A stretch of 39,243 bases of DNA, taken from Saprolegnia diclina VS20. Taxonomy: Eukaryota. Below are positions 1-20,932 of this stretch, piece by piece; the stretch's first letter is position 1; the number at the start of each line of letters is the position of its first letter. Location: contig NW_008246077.1 in NCBI RefSeq assembly GCF_000281045.1, positions 1,021,303-1,060,545 of the forward strand, read 5' to 3'. Under the pieces are notes generated by a model, which had not been told where the DNA came from, ran no database searches, and saw nothing but the letters and a program-made list of their open reading frames with translations. The translations under genes were made by a program, and so were the position numbers.

Positions 1-72
1 CTCATCACGCTGCACAAGGTCGACCTCGCGATCGACGCGCTCGCCAGCGACGCCGCAGACCTCTGCCAATAA
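1..72 (+). CDS. 3' end of an upstream gene (partial), product unknown
   Basis: Frame 1 reads LITLHKVDLAIDALASDAADLCQ-TAA with GC-rich third positions like other exons here, followed by AT-rich sequence. Confidence 0.55.
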   Translation, partial: LITLHKVDLAIDALASDAADLCQ

Positions 73-171
73 GCTTTTGGGTCATACTTAAGTTTTGCAT
101 TTTCTCAATTAAGTATCGTTCATTTGTGTGTCTACATTGTCCTTTTCCTACCTACAGTTTGCTGTCCAGGG

Positions 172-440
172 TTACACTTGCAAAGGTGGACGAGGCCCGG
201 CCATGTCGGCGATATACACGGAGGTGCGACGGTCGCAGCGGCGGTAGGTCACCTCGGGCACTTCTTTGCGGCTCCCGACGACGTCCGACTCGAGGCTTCG
301 CGTGTACGCTTCACTCGTCTCCAGCTGCTGGTCGAGCTCGAATATGAGATCTTGAAGGTCGTCGACTTGGGCTTGGAGATCGCAAACTTGGTTCTCGCGC
401 GCCAACAGCAGTAGCTCGTCGTTGTCGGCCAAGTCGCTTT
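172..440 (-). other. Coiled-coil-like ORF fragment without a clear start (orphan exon or relic)
   Basis: ARENQVCDLQAQVDDLQDLIFELDQQLETSEAYTRSLE is heptad-like. No in-frame ATG; a possible AG acceptor lies near 441. Confidence 0.3.
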
Positions 441-570
441 CTACTTACCTTGAACAGTACATTGCGAATGGTTAGCAATTGCCTGTCCTAGACTTCTATC
501 CTGCTCCTTAGACTCGTCGATGATGGAAGAATCAAGTCCAGAGAAATGCGTAGTGTTAAATGGTTAGATA

Positions 571-1069
571 TTAGTCTTCGTCGTCGTCGGTTGGCTCTTC
601 GTCGCTCGACATGGCCTTGTCGTAGGGCAAGCTGCGCTGAGGTAGATGCATCAACTTGGCGCTGCATCAGCATAGTAACGAGTGAATGGTGTGAAAAGAG
701 CACGTAGAATAGGACCACTGTCATGCTAGATCGTCACCGCGTCATGCAGGAAGATGCCAGCATGGAGAGAGTGACGAACGTGGAAGACAGGACGATAGCC
801 ACGTCCGCGAGGAAGACGAAAGCACCGAGTTGGATGTCTTTGAAATCGGAAACCAGTGTTTCTTGGGTCGTCGGGACCCCGCTAAAACCCACATAGAGGA
901 AGAGCGCCAAGAGCTGCAGCGCCGACCCTGCGTCGACGAGGGGGCGGGGTAGCAACCAGAGGGTCGTCGTGACGGCTATCGCTCCGAGCATGATGCAGAC
1001 GCGCGTACGCAGGTTGAGCTTCGCGATGCTGGAGGCAGCTTCCTGGAGGGTCATGATGGGCTCGGCCAT
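571..1069 (-). CDS. Hypothetical small multi-pass membrane protein with acidic C-terminus
   Basis: ATG at 1069 (MAEPIMTLQ) and several hydrophobic segments. Two plausible GT-AG introns (about 779-726 and 679-637) join frames to end RSLPYDKAMSSDEEPTDDDED-TAA at 573-571. Confidence 0.5.
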
Positions 1070-1374
1070 CTCGGGTCGGAGCTCTGCGTCCTGGATCGGG
1101 AATTGAAGAATGCAATCACAATACAATTAAAATAAACAAACCGTCCCACAATAAATAACATACAACTTTATGTCAACAGATACTTTGTATGTTCTAATCA
1201 TTAAAATGCGAGAGATATAAAGATGCTTGCTGATTCGCGCAAACCCAGCTTGATTTCGTACCTTGATGAGCTTGCATTGGCTATAAATCCTGTGTTTTGT
1301 CCAATGGCATGTGCGCGGAGGGCGTCTGTTGTCGGATCTCGCAACATCTTCGCTTTGGAATCGCGGCTCGCAGC

Positions 1375-2604
1375 ATGCTCTACGGGACGTTCCGCGCGGG
1401 AACCGACGGTGCGCTGGCCCGCCCAGCGCTCACAGCTACAGCCGCCAAGGCCTTGCTTCTCGCCTTCTTTCTCTGGGGCGTCGGCGTGCTCGAGACGTCG
1501 AGCGTCCCGCTGCGTCTACCCGACACAGTAGCCTCGGTTCGCCTGCCGTACGGCCACAGCACGCATACGTGATGAGCTCACAAAGTGTGCTACGTAGGAG
1601 CCCATCGTTCCTCGATGTACAACGCTCTTTTGACGTCAACTGCTGGGCCACGGCTTCGGCCTCGTACTCTTATCTGTCGTCGGCGACAGTCGACGACAAG
1701 GCTATCTGGACATCGCACTCGGGTCTTGTAGTCGCCTTGGAGTCTCTCGCTCCTCCAACGTGCTTGGCATCAGTCGATCTTGACGTGACGATGGTGTTTG
1801 TGGACGGGCGAGAGCTCCCGCCGGTCACACAGCCAGCGGTAGCTGTTACGCAATTGGCCGCTGACACCCGTGTGAACTGCGCCATCGTCGCACGCGCCTT
1901 TGACCTCGGCTACACTGGTGTTGTCTTCCACACAACGACAGAAACCTCTTCCCGGGTGATTTGCCCCGCAATCACCGCGGCTCTAGACATCACTCCCGGA
2001 GCTCCGTTTGTCAAGGGCGCACCGCGCTTGAGTCTCGGAGCTGCCCGTGCCCGCCACCTCGTGCCTGCGTACATCAGCCTCGTCGATACCGCCGCGTTGA
2101 CGTCGCTCCGGTCGTCACACCAAGACGGCACACTGCACTTGCACCGGACGTGCGACATCCAAGTCCAGACAGCACCGACCCTCACCGGCCACCTATTGTC
2201 GCCCAAGACGACGGCAAGTGGGGCCGTTGCGCTTGGTACTACGCTCTCCTGTCCTTCCCGACGAATTACCTCATTATTGTGTAGGTGCGTATCTCGATGA
2301 CGCGTCGCATGCTGAGTCAGTCGCCACAGTTGCAAGCTCCTTGCGTGCGCGCATGAATGCTGGCTGGACACCCAACAAGAATGTTCTGCTAGTCGTCTGG
2401 CCCAACAAAGCGAGTGCGGTCGAGTGGCTCGAAGACCCCGCGAACGCGCACGTGACGGTACTGCATGTGGACGAGGCATCCTCCACCACCGCTGGCACCC
2501 GCGTTGACGACACACCCACGGTCGATGCCGTCAACATGCCGCACCTCCGCCGCGCGGCCTCGGCGGCCGTCATCATCGACACTCTGGTCGCGATGGCCGC
2601 ATAA
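1375..2604 (+). CDS. Type II membrane protein, degenerate PA-domain / M28B peptidase (GCPII/transferrin receptor)-like
   Basis: Introns 1548-1597 and 2236-2284 join three ORFs in frame. N-terminal TM (ALLLAFFLWGVGVL). IVARAFDLGYTGVVFH resembles the PA-domain motif. VALGAYLD and AGWTPNKNVLLVVW..AVEWLE resemble M28B VILGGHRD and GWRPRRTILFASW..STEWAE. Family call is from motif recall. Confidence 0.55.
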
Positions 2605-2649
2605 GGCAGTTGCGATACTCCAGTTTGACAATACAACTCAGCGTTCGTG

Positions 2650-3405
2650 TTAGCAGCTGCTCCGGCGTACACGCCCTCGCGTTGGTGGCGCATCGACAAC
2701 ATATTCGTCAAGAAATTGAACGCGCTTGGTGGACGCAGGATTGGCCTTCTTGGGCGCGCCGCGGAGGTCGCGCGGAATGCGACTCATGGCCGTCGAGAGC
2801 TTCTCTTCAAACGTTGCAGTGCGCCGAAGGAGCGCATAGCGCTGCTGGATGTCGGAAGCCGAGTGCGTCTGGTCGAGGCGCACGTGCTTGGACCGGTACT
2901 GGTGCAAACGAATGTCGTCGGTCGAGTTGGGCGCCATGTACATGGGATAGGCCTTTGGCATGCGATGGCCGTCGTCATCGTCGTACGCGCTCATTGGCGT
3001 AAAGCTGTGGGCGTCACTTCCATACGCCTGCGAGGACGCCGTCGATTGGTAGTCGAAAAGCCAATTCCGCCGGGACGAGGCGTAGCTGGCGGCCGCCGGG
3101 CGTCCCTGTTGGTGCCCCGCGAGGGAGTCGGGTGGACGGCGCGTCTCGGACGGCGGCGTGTATTGGTACTTGGCCATCGAGTCAGGCGGCGGCGCTTGGT
3201 GCTTGCGGTGCACGGCGATCGAGTCGGGCGGCGCGACCTTGCGGTGGAACGCGAGCGAGTCCGGTGCCTTCTTGTCGTCAAAGATCGACGTGTGCTTGAC
3301 GTTGATGGGGCTAATACACGCCGTCATGATCGTTCGCTCGTCCCGCTTGACCATGCTCCTGTCCCCAGCAAACACCAAACCAAACTGGCCGCTTGCAGCT
3401 GCCAT
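2650..3405 (-). CDS. Hypothetical protein with four PDS[LIM]A repeats and a C-terminal KRVQF motif
   Basis: 251-aa ORF from an ATG, GC-rich codons, stop convergent with the gene ending at 2604. Confidence 0.65.
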   Translation of the reverse strand: MAAASGQFGLVFAGDRSMVKRDERTIMTACISPINVKHTSIFDDKKAPDSLAFHRKVAPPDSIAVHRKHQAPPPDSMAKYQYTPPSETRRPPDSLAGHQQGRPAAASYASSRRNWLFDYQSTASSQAYGSDAHSFTPMSAYDDDDGHRMPKAYPMYMAPNSTDDIRLHQYRSKHVRLDQTHSASDIQQRYALLRRTATFEEKLSTAMSRIPRDLRGAPKKANPASTKRVQFLDEYVVDAPPTRGRVRRSSC

Positions 3406-3950
3406 GCGCGTCTCCTGGCCTCTACATGCAGGCTGATGATTCGAGGAAGCGCTCTCTGCACGGCGTTGTAACAGCAGGTGGTGTTATAACACATCCACAA
3501 CGCGTGCCATTGGTGCCGCAAGGACGCAAGGCCTCGAGCCTTCTGCTTCGTGTTCACGTCGACGTCTTCTTGTGATCAGCACGACGAAGCGCGCGCTTCT
3601 CGGTCCTGATCCGAAGACGCCACGATACCCTCTAGCTAGACACACGCAACTTTTAACCGTGTCTTGCTGTATAGTACTAGATGAACACGGATTCTCGGGT
3701 ACCGCTGTCGTGCTGCAGTAAACATTGTTGTCACTACGACTCGCAGCATGACCTAGTCGCGCCGTGGAGCGTGCGCGCAAGACCGCGTGCTCGTCTGTCA
3801 GCAAGTTGCAGTTGCGTGTTCTTAGCGTGTTAGAGGTTGCGTATCTATCATGCTTGAGAGGTTATTCAATATGAAAGGTAATAAGATATCAATATTGCAG
3901 GATTTCGCAGTGGATAAGTTTTTTGGCACGCGTCCACAAGCCGGTTGCGC

Positions 3951-4778
3951 ATGGTTGAAGCGAGCGCCCTGCGCCAGCGCCACTCGAGCGCACCGCCCGT
4001 CGCCGCGGAAGCGCCCACCGCAGACGTGCTTGAGCTCCATGATGAGACCATTCGGCGCGACGTCATCTCGCTGCTCGTGATCTTTGTCGTCTCACTAGTC
4101 TCGGTGGTCACGGCCATCTACTACCTCGTCGTCGACGACTTGGCGCCGGAAGAGCGTACCGCTGTCCGGTTCCCAACATCGCTGTCGGTGGCGCAAGAGC
4201 TTGGCCATGCGCTCATGACGTACGCAGACCACTCGCCAGGCCGGCTGCTACTTGCGCACGCGCTCACGTACTTGTTCTTGCAGACGTGGGCGATCCCCGG
4301 CACCGTCTTCGTCAACCTCCTTGGCGGTGCCCTCTTTGGCCTCTTGCTGGGCTTTCCGCTCTGCCTCTTCTACAACACACTCGGGTCGTGCTTCATGTAT
4401 GGCCTCTCGAGACAATTTGGCGGTGCGCTCGTGCGGCGCCACTTCCCCGCCAAGCTCGAGCAGCTCCACACGATGATTGACGGCCACCGCAGCGACCTCA
4501 CGCTCTACATGATCTTCCTCCGCGTCTTCCCGTTCACGCCCAACTGGTTCATCAACATGTCGTCGCCGCACTTGTCGATTCCGCTGCGGCAGTTTGCACC
4601 GTCCGTCTGCGTCGGGCTCATCCCGTACAACTTTCTCAGCTGCAAGGCGGGCTTGATCCTGAGCCACCTTCAGTCCAAAGGAGACATTATCGACACGGCC
4701 ACCACGATCCAGCTCATTGTCGTTGCTGTGGGTGGCTTTGTGCTCTTGCCGCGTCTCAAAAAGCGCTTTGCGAATTGA
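3951..4778 (+). CDS. TMEM41B: TMEM41-family (VTT/DedA, SNARE-associated Golgi) membrane protein
   Basis: Family motifs YLFLQTWAIPGTVFVNLLGGALFG and YMIFLRVFPFTPNWFINMSSP. Intronless ORF. A versus B subtype is not certain. Confidence 0.9.
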   Translation: MVEASALRQRHSSAPPVAAEAPTADVLELHDETIRRDVISLLVIFVVSLVSVVTAIYYLVVDDLAPEERTAVRFPTSLSVAQELGHALMTYADHSPGRLLLAHALTYLFLQTWAIPGTVFVNLLGGALFGLLLGFPLCLFYNTLGSCFMYGLSRQFGGALVRRHFPAKLEQLHTMIDGHRSDLTLYMIFLRVFPFTPNWFINMSSPHLSIPLRQFAPSVCVGLIPYNFLSCKAGLILSHLQSKGDIIDTATTIQLIVVAVGGFVLLPRLKKRFAN

Positions 4779-4976
4779 GTTTGAGATGCAAGAGGCCGCC
4801 GTCGACATAGTGAGCATCCGAACGAATGCACAAATGAAAGTTGCTTCTTGATCGCGAAATGCTGTTTGAAATTCTGTTTGAAACAGCATTTCACAAACCG
4901 CCCGTGGACGGTTCGATCGAGCCGGTTAAGTTCGGTTCAGAGCTCGGGACCCGATCCAAGGCCGAGCGACCGCGCG

Positions 4977-14775
<9,799 letters not shown>

Positions 14776-14998
14776 ACGTAATAGCTACAAAATATGACAC
14801 GTTCTATTACCAGTACCAGGATGATGCGGTAGGATCTGGTCTGGAGCTGCGAGAACGACTCAGATGGCGTTGCTGCATGCGTGCGACCCGCAGCACCGCT
14901 TCGCCGGCAGGTCACTATGTGTCACAGTCGTGCTTGCGCACTGGTTCCATCGTCGCGGAGGCGGCTCGGGCAGAGACGTGTGAAATGGCCTTTCTGCA

Positions 14999-15098
14999 NN
15001 NNNNNNNNNNNNNNNNNNNNNNNNNNNNNNNNNNNNNNNNNNNNNNNNNNNNNNNNNNNNNNNNNNNNNNNNNNNNNNNNNNNNNNNNNNNNNNNNNN
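14999..15098. other. Assembly gap (100 N)
   Basis: Run of exactly 100 N, typical of an unsized scaffold gap. Confidence 0.99.
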
Positions 15099-15590
15099 CC
15101 GTCTTTCGGCCTCTCGTCGATGCGCTGGAACTGGAGCTCCCCACGACGCTGTACGCGCTCTTGTTTGAGCCGCTGGTGACGGCCCAACGCTACCGACGAC
15201 GCGCGGTCGACATGATGTGGCCGCTCCTACGCGCCTGTGTGATGCACACTGTCTGGCTCGCCCGCAACGACCGCGTCTTTCGTCCCGAGGCGCCCGTCGT
15301 GACACCCGAAGCGGCCGCCGCCCGCGCCGCGTTTTTGACCAAGATGCACCTTCACCACTTGATGCTGAATACCCAAGCGATGTGTCTCTTTCAAATGATG
15401 CACGCCCTGCGCCACGACGCCTGGCTTCGTGACAACCTCGTCCCGGCGTGCGCCATCCACACGCCTCGCCTTCAACACGGCTAAGCCTCGCCGCAGATGC
15501 CGTCTAGCACAACACGCTCTGAATCGAAAGTCCACCCCCAAAAACAGTTCAGTGTAAATTATATCTAAATAGACTCACTTCAACAACAAC
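15099..15590 (+). mobile_element. 3' end of a non-LTR retrotransposon (L1/Tx1-like ORF2 C-terminus, 3' UTR, CAA tail)
   Basis: Frame open from the gap to TAA at 15484 contains WPLLRACVMHTVWLARNDRVF, the W-x2-RN-x2-[VI]F motif found downstream of the zinc knuckle in L1/Tx1 ORF2. It is followed by about 100 nt and CAACAACAAC (15581-15590). Confidence 0.72.
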
Positions 15591-15710
15591 TACGATGTAC
15601 TACAGTCTACTACAATAAAATAAAATCGACGACCGTTTGGAAATTCCATGTGCATACAAACGCTATATATAAAGTGTACAAAGGATTTACAATAAATTAA
15701 AAATGCAAGT

Positions 15711-17105
15711 CTACTCGCGTTTCCAATGCGCGATGTTGCGGAGGACTTGGCGCAGCGGCGTCTCGACGTCGTCCATGCCCGGCAGCAGCATGAGCGCCGA
15801 GAAGGCGGGGACGACGAAGCCCTCCATGAAGGACGACTGGCTCTTGGGGCAGATGCCCTTGGCGCGGTCGCAGTCCATGCTAAGCGGCCAGCCGCGCGCC
15901 CGCTCCTGGTCGCCCTGCAGGAAGAGCTCACCGTGGAGCCGATCGACCCACACCTGGTGGATGCTCAGCGGCTTGGAGGTCTGTCCGAGGTCCGAGACGT
16001 GCACGGCAATCTGCACGACGAGCGTCACAAACTCTTTCGAGCTGCGGTCGGCGGCCGCCAGCGCCGCCAAGAGGCGCTTTTGCTCGCACACGGACGTGGT
16101 CCAGATCGTCTCGTGGATCGTGTGGCGCATCTCGGCCTGGAGCGACGGCGAGAAGCGGCGGAGGACATTGTGGGCCGCGAGGATCTTGAGGCCGACGTCC
16201 GAGTGCATGGCTTCCAGTGGACAGCACACGGGGAACGTCCGTGAGAGTTCGTGCTCGCTCTGCTTGAGAAATTTGTTGGTGAGGCCAAAGTGCTGCACGT
16301 CGTGGAGAAGCGCGGCGAGGAGGCCCGCGATCTGGTGCGTCTCGGCGAGGATCGCAGTCAGATTCGTGTTGCGCAAGATGGCAAAGAACGAGTGGAGCAC
16401 GTCGGAGGCGTGCTCGGCGTTGTGGTAGATGACGTGGCGGTTGTACTTGGCTTCGACGTCCGAGGCAAACTTGGTGAGCGTGTCGAGGTCAATGTCGTCG
16501 TAGTCGAGGAGCGTGAAGATCGCAACCGCGACGAACGTGAGCACCGAGTTCGGGACGTACGCCGCCACTTGAAGGACATTGAAGTTCCACGTTCCAAAGC
16601 CATTATCAGAATCCAACATAATCTTGCGCAGCGCCGCCACATCGGTCGGCGAGAGGTCGGGCGACACGCGCGCAAGCACGCTGTCCAAGAGCGCTGGCGT
16701 CAAGTCGCCGACGTCCATGTCGTACTCGTCGTCGTCCTCGTCGTCGCTGAGCATGTCGACGTCGTCGACATCGACGATATCGCTCCAGTCGATCTCTTTG
16801 GCGAGCAGGTGGCCGCCGAGCTTGTTGAGCGGCTTGAGGTGCGCGAACGGCGGCGTCAAATTGCCCACCGACACATTCGTGCGCGGCGGCGGCGACTGGA
16901 GCGACACCGTCGACGCCGTCGGGTCCGGCGCCGAGATGGAAATGTCCTCTTTCTGTCGGTACGCCGCAAACACGTCGGGCGCCGACTTGCAGATCGGGTT
17001 CTTCGCAAGGGCTCGGCTCGGCGGCGATGGCCACGGGCGTATGCTGGCGCGCCGAGTGATCACGAGCCGACTCGCCTCGGCCTCCATCTCGCGCGGCCCG
17101 TGCAT
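15711..17105 (-). CDS. Class I 3',5'-cyclic nucleotide phosphodiesterase
   Basis: WNFNV, YHNAEHASDV, LLHDVQHFGLTNKFL, SDLG, ELFLQGDQER, SQSSF. Start is uncertain: ATG at 17105 or 17087, although the frame is open to 17615. Confidence 0.9.
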   Translation of the reverse strand: MHGPREMEAEASRLVITRRASIRPWPSPPSRALAKNPICKSAPDVFAAYRQKEDISISAPDPTASTVSLQSPPPRTNVSVGNLTPPFAHLKPLNKLGGHLLAKEIDWSDIVDVDDVDMLSDDEDDDEYDMDVGDLTPALLDSVLARVSPDLSPTDVAALRKIMLDSDNGFGTWNFNVLQVAAYVPNSVLTFVAVAIFTLLDYDDIDLDTLTKFASDVEAKYNRHVIYHNAEHASDVLHSFFAILRNTNLTAILAETHQIAGLLAALLHDVQHFGLTNKFLKQSEHELSRTFPVCCPLEAMHSDVGLKILAAHNVLRRFSPSLQAEMRHTIHETIWTTSVCEQKRLLAALAAADRSSKEFVTLVVQIAVHVSDLGQTSKPLSIHQVWVDRLHGELFLQGDQERARGWPLSMDCDRAKGICPKSQSSFMEGFVVPAFSALMLLPGMDDVETPLRQVLRNIAHWKRE

Positions 17106-18268
17106 GCTCTGAACCTGTCGAACTTTTTGCCTAGTGGAACCAAGGTATTTCCGCCCAAGCGAAGTAGACCTGCGATATGTTTCCGCACAGCTTCTCCCGT
17201 TTTTCATTTGAGGGTATAAATAGACTCGGAGCTTCGAACTTCGATGCCAGTGGCATAACGACCAACGGCCGCGCCGGAAGGACGTGGCGTCGCCGCGACG
17301 GCAAAGAGGCGCGCGGCCACCGCCACCGCCGGCGCCACGCAGGCGAGTATCGATAGGCTGTATGCGCAAGTCGGCTGGAAGGGCCTCGAAGATTGCATCG
17401 TCTTCCATCGACCTCCCTTGGGACATGTTGCTGTTCCCAAACAGACAGATACCCTGCGCAAATGTGGATGGTGTCCGTGATGAGGCTGCAAGCACCATCA
17501 TCGCGGTGAAAGCTTGAAGGCGCTGGCTTCTTGAGGCCATCGGCAGCGGATCTTTGACGCGCGCAGCCGTCTCGAAAGCTCTGTCATCGCTGCCCGCCTG
17601 TCTGCACCACACCACATACTACATACTGCTTGGTCCTACTACGTCCAGATGGCCCACTAAGTTATCAGCCTTCGATGGGCCGCCCTTCGAATCGCCTCTG
17701 GCGTACACGTCGCCGGAAGCATGTCGCAGCGCGCGGATGCACCGCGGAAGCAACGGGGCACGCTGCCCCCTTCTTCTTGACTCATCTCGAATCCAGCGCC
17801 GCCACTCTATGTGCACCACGTAGCTTCAAACGTGTGGACGCGGGCCAATCGTCCCACGCACTGTCCCCGTCCGCGCTTGCTGCGTGGCGCGTCAAAGTGA
17901 TTGCTAATCTCACCTCACGCGGCGCATTTCGCAGCGCCGCTTCCCGCACACGCATCGGGCGCCAGTAGTATGATTCGACAGCCTTCCCGCAGGCGCTGCT
18001 CCTCCTCCTTCCTTCGCTGCGACACCTCGCGCAGCTTGCCGCGGTTCCCTTTTCTCATCGCTGCCAACCGTCGTCGTCGTCCCGCGGAGGCGCGCGGTCA
18101 AGACAAGCGTCATGCGATGCCATTGGCGCAAAATGTCTACAACGGCGCACGCTCATTGGTTTAATGGCGCGCCTGCAACGCCAAGTCTCTAAGGTATTGT
18201 ATGGTGGCATACCAGCTGGCGCCGACTTTTGACCAATTCGAGGCCGGCACGGATTGCAGGACACCATC

Positions 18269-19030
18269 ATGGCAGCGACGACGCTCAGCGAGGCCGAGTT
18301 CCTCACGCGCTTCTGGGACGCCCATGGCTCGACCTTCATGCGCTGGTTCCTCGCGATTCCGTATGCAGGCCAGCTCTCGATGCTGCGCAATGCGTCGCCC
18401 GACATGCCGCTGCAGACGCCGGACGTGCTCCAAGCCACGGACATTTTGACGCCCGAGCTCACGATTGCGACGCTCCTCGCCGACCAAGGCAAGCCGCTCG
18501 TGCGCCTGTTGTGCAACCGCGCACGCTTCGACTGCGCCGCCGAAGACCTTGCGTACCTCAAGGGCCTGCGGGCGAAGAAGCGCATGCCGACGTTCTCGGG
18601 CACGACGTTCGACAGCGTTGCGCTCGCCTACATTGACCCGACGGATCCGGAGCAGCACATCCAGTCCTTGCTGCCATCCGTGTCGCCCACGTTACTGCAG
18701 GAAACCCAGGCCAAAATTGACGCCAACGTGCTCATCGAGGCCGACGTGTGGCTGACACTGCAGATGCGCCAGCAGATTTTGCTCACGTTCCTCGCCAACG
18801 TTGCGCGGACGTTCGAACTCGTCTTCTTCCAGACGCAGGGCACGGTCGAAGGCAAGATGGGTTGCCGGACATGCGGTGCCAGCGCGCAGCCGGATGCGGC
18901 GCCGCTCCTCAAGTGCCCCTGCGACGCCGCGCTCTACTGCTGCAAGGACCACCAGACCCAAGATTGGCCCAACCACAAGGCCACGTGCAAAGTCATTCGC
19001 GCTCGCAAGGCCGAGCTCGACGGCTTGTAG
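18269..19030 (+). CDS. MYND-type zinc-finger protein
   Basis: C-terminal CRTC...LLKCPCDAALYCCKDHQTQDWPNHKATC. N-terminal ~190 aa not recognised. Confidence 0.85.
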   Translation: MAATTLSEAEFLTRFWDAHGSTFMRWFLAIPYAGQLSMLRNASPDMPLQTPDVLQATDILTPELTIATLLADQGKPLVRLLCNRARFDCAAEDLAYLKGLRAKKRMPTFSGTTFDSVALAYIDPTDPEQHIQSLLPSVSPTLLQETQAKIDANVLIEADVWLTLQMRQQILLTFLANVARTFELVFFQTQGTVEGKMGCRTCGASAQPDAAPLLKCPCDAALYCCKDHQTQDWPNHKATCKVIRARKAELDGL

Positions 19031-19120
19031 CTTTTCGCAAACCACCTCCTAGACATCGCACGCAATGCAGCGTTTCAAACCCTTTCGTGTGCTGTTTCGA
19101 CATATTATTCAACTAAGAGC

Positions 19121-20932
19121 TTACTCGTTACGGGCCAAGAACTGCTTGTACACGGGGTTGTCGGTCTCGTCGACGTGGTGGTAGGCGACAGCGCGGAGGT
19201 ACTCGCCAAACCGCCCTTCGTCCCCCGGAGGCACTTGGAAGCCGACGAGGACGCGGCCAATGTCGGCGCCGTGATTCCGATAGTGGAAGAGCGATATGTT
19301 CCAGGTCGACCCGCCGTGCATGTGCGTCAGGAACGCCTTGAGCGCACCAGGCTTGTCGGCAAACTCGAAGCGAAAGAGCCGTTCGTTGCCCACGAGCACG
19401 CTCTTGCCGCCCGCGAGGTGCCGTGCGTGCACCTACGACGGAGCTCAGACGCCATAGTGCCCGTGTCAATCTACCTTGGCGAGCTCGTTCTCTCGGAGGT
19501 CCTCGACCGAAAAGCCGGCGCCGCTCAGCCGCGCGAGCACGCTGTCCGACTGCTCGCGGGACGGGCTCTGGAACGACATGCAGATGTGCGCGTTGTCCTT
19601 CTCCGAGTAGCGGTAGCTAAACTCGGTGATGCGGACGCCCTCGGCGTCCATGTACGAGTGCAATCTATGCATGTCGATTGGGGCGCGCGAGTGGAATACC
19701 GTAGTGTGTACCGCTCAAAGGCGCCGGGACGCTCGTCGATCTTGACAGAGATGAGCGTCTCGGCGCTGTCGGCACGCTCCGAGACAAAGCGCAGCCGCGT
19801 AAAGTCCATATTGGCACCAGACGTAATCGCGCAGTAGGTGCCACCGCGCAGTTTCTTGTCCTTGATGTAGCGGTCGACACCGGCGATCGCGAGTGCCCCC
19901 GCGGGCTCGAGCACGACGCGCGTGTCGTTGAAGCCCGTTTTGATCGCTGCGCAAATGTCGTCGGTCGTCACCGTGATCATCTCGTCGACGTGCGCTTGGC
20001 AGATGCGAAAGGTCTCCTCGCCCACGAGCTTGACGGCCGCGCCATCCGCGAACAGCCCAACTTGGTCGAGCTCGACGCGCTTGCCTGCCGCGAGCGACGC
20101 CGTCATGCCTGCCGCGTCCGCCGCTTCGACGCCAATGACCTTGACGCTGGGCCGAAAGTGCTTGACCTGCATACGCCTCAGCTGCCATGTCATTTATGGA
20201 CGGTGACGCACCCAGTTGGCGACACCCGCGAGCATACCACCGCCGCCGCAGCAGACAAAGACGGCATCGAGCGGCTTGCCTGTGGTTTGCTGCAAAATTT
20301 CCATCCCAATCGTGCCTTGGCCCGCAATCACGAGCGGGTCGTCGAACGGCAGAATCATGGTCCGGCCCTCGGCGGCCTCGATGCGCCGCGCTTCGGCGGC
20401 CGCTTCGTCAAAGTTGTTGCCATGTAAGATGATCTTGACCGCGTCGCCACCTGAGTTGACAATGTATTTGCAGTCGCTTGTCATGCGAGATGAGATGCGT
20501 CGTCGTACCGTGCTGCTGGACGGCCTTGACCTTGATCTCGGGCGTTGCGAGGGGCATGACGATCGTCGCATGGAGCTTGAGCGTCTTGGCCGAGAGCGCG
20601 ACGCCCTGCGCGTGGTTGCCGGCGCTGCAACAAACGACGCCCGCGTCGCGCGCTGCCGTGGACAAGTGCGCCATCTTGTTATACGCGCCGCGGATCTTGA
20701 ACGAGAAGACGGGCTGCATGTCCTCGCGCTTGAGCAAGATCGTGTTGCCAAGCGCTTCCGACATCGCGTGCGCCTTCATGAGCGGCGTCGTCACGGCGAT
20801 GTCATACGCGCGCGACTCGATCGTCATGCGGCAATAGTCGTCCGTCGAGAGGCTCGGCGCATAGCGCTGCGTCGACCCGAGCGCGCGGCTCCACGGCCGC
20901 GTGCTCAGCGCCCGTCGGCATGAGACCAGCAT
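19121..20932 (-). CDS. ilvA: Threonine ammonia-lyase (biosynthetic threonine deaminase) with C-terminal ACT-like regulatory domains, probable mitochondrial presequence
   Basis: LKREDMQPVFSFKIRGAYN (PLP lysine), SAGNHAQGVA, GQGTIGMEI, GGGGM, EPAGALAIAG, SGANMDF, WNISLFHYRNHG. Several short introns. Arg/Ser-rich N-terminus MLVSCRRALSTRPWSRALG. Confidence 0.96.

Noticed and set aside
17106..17615. 170-codon upstream extension of the PDE ORF
   Set aside because: Begins at a non-ATG codon, crosses AT-rich promoter-like sequence and shows no domain. Not supported as coding, though not excluded.
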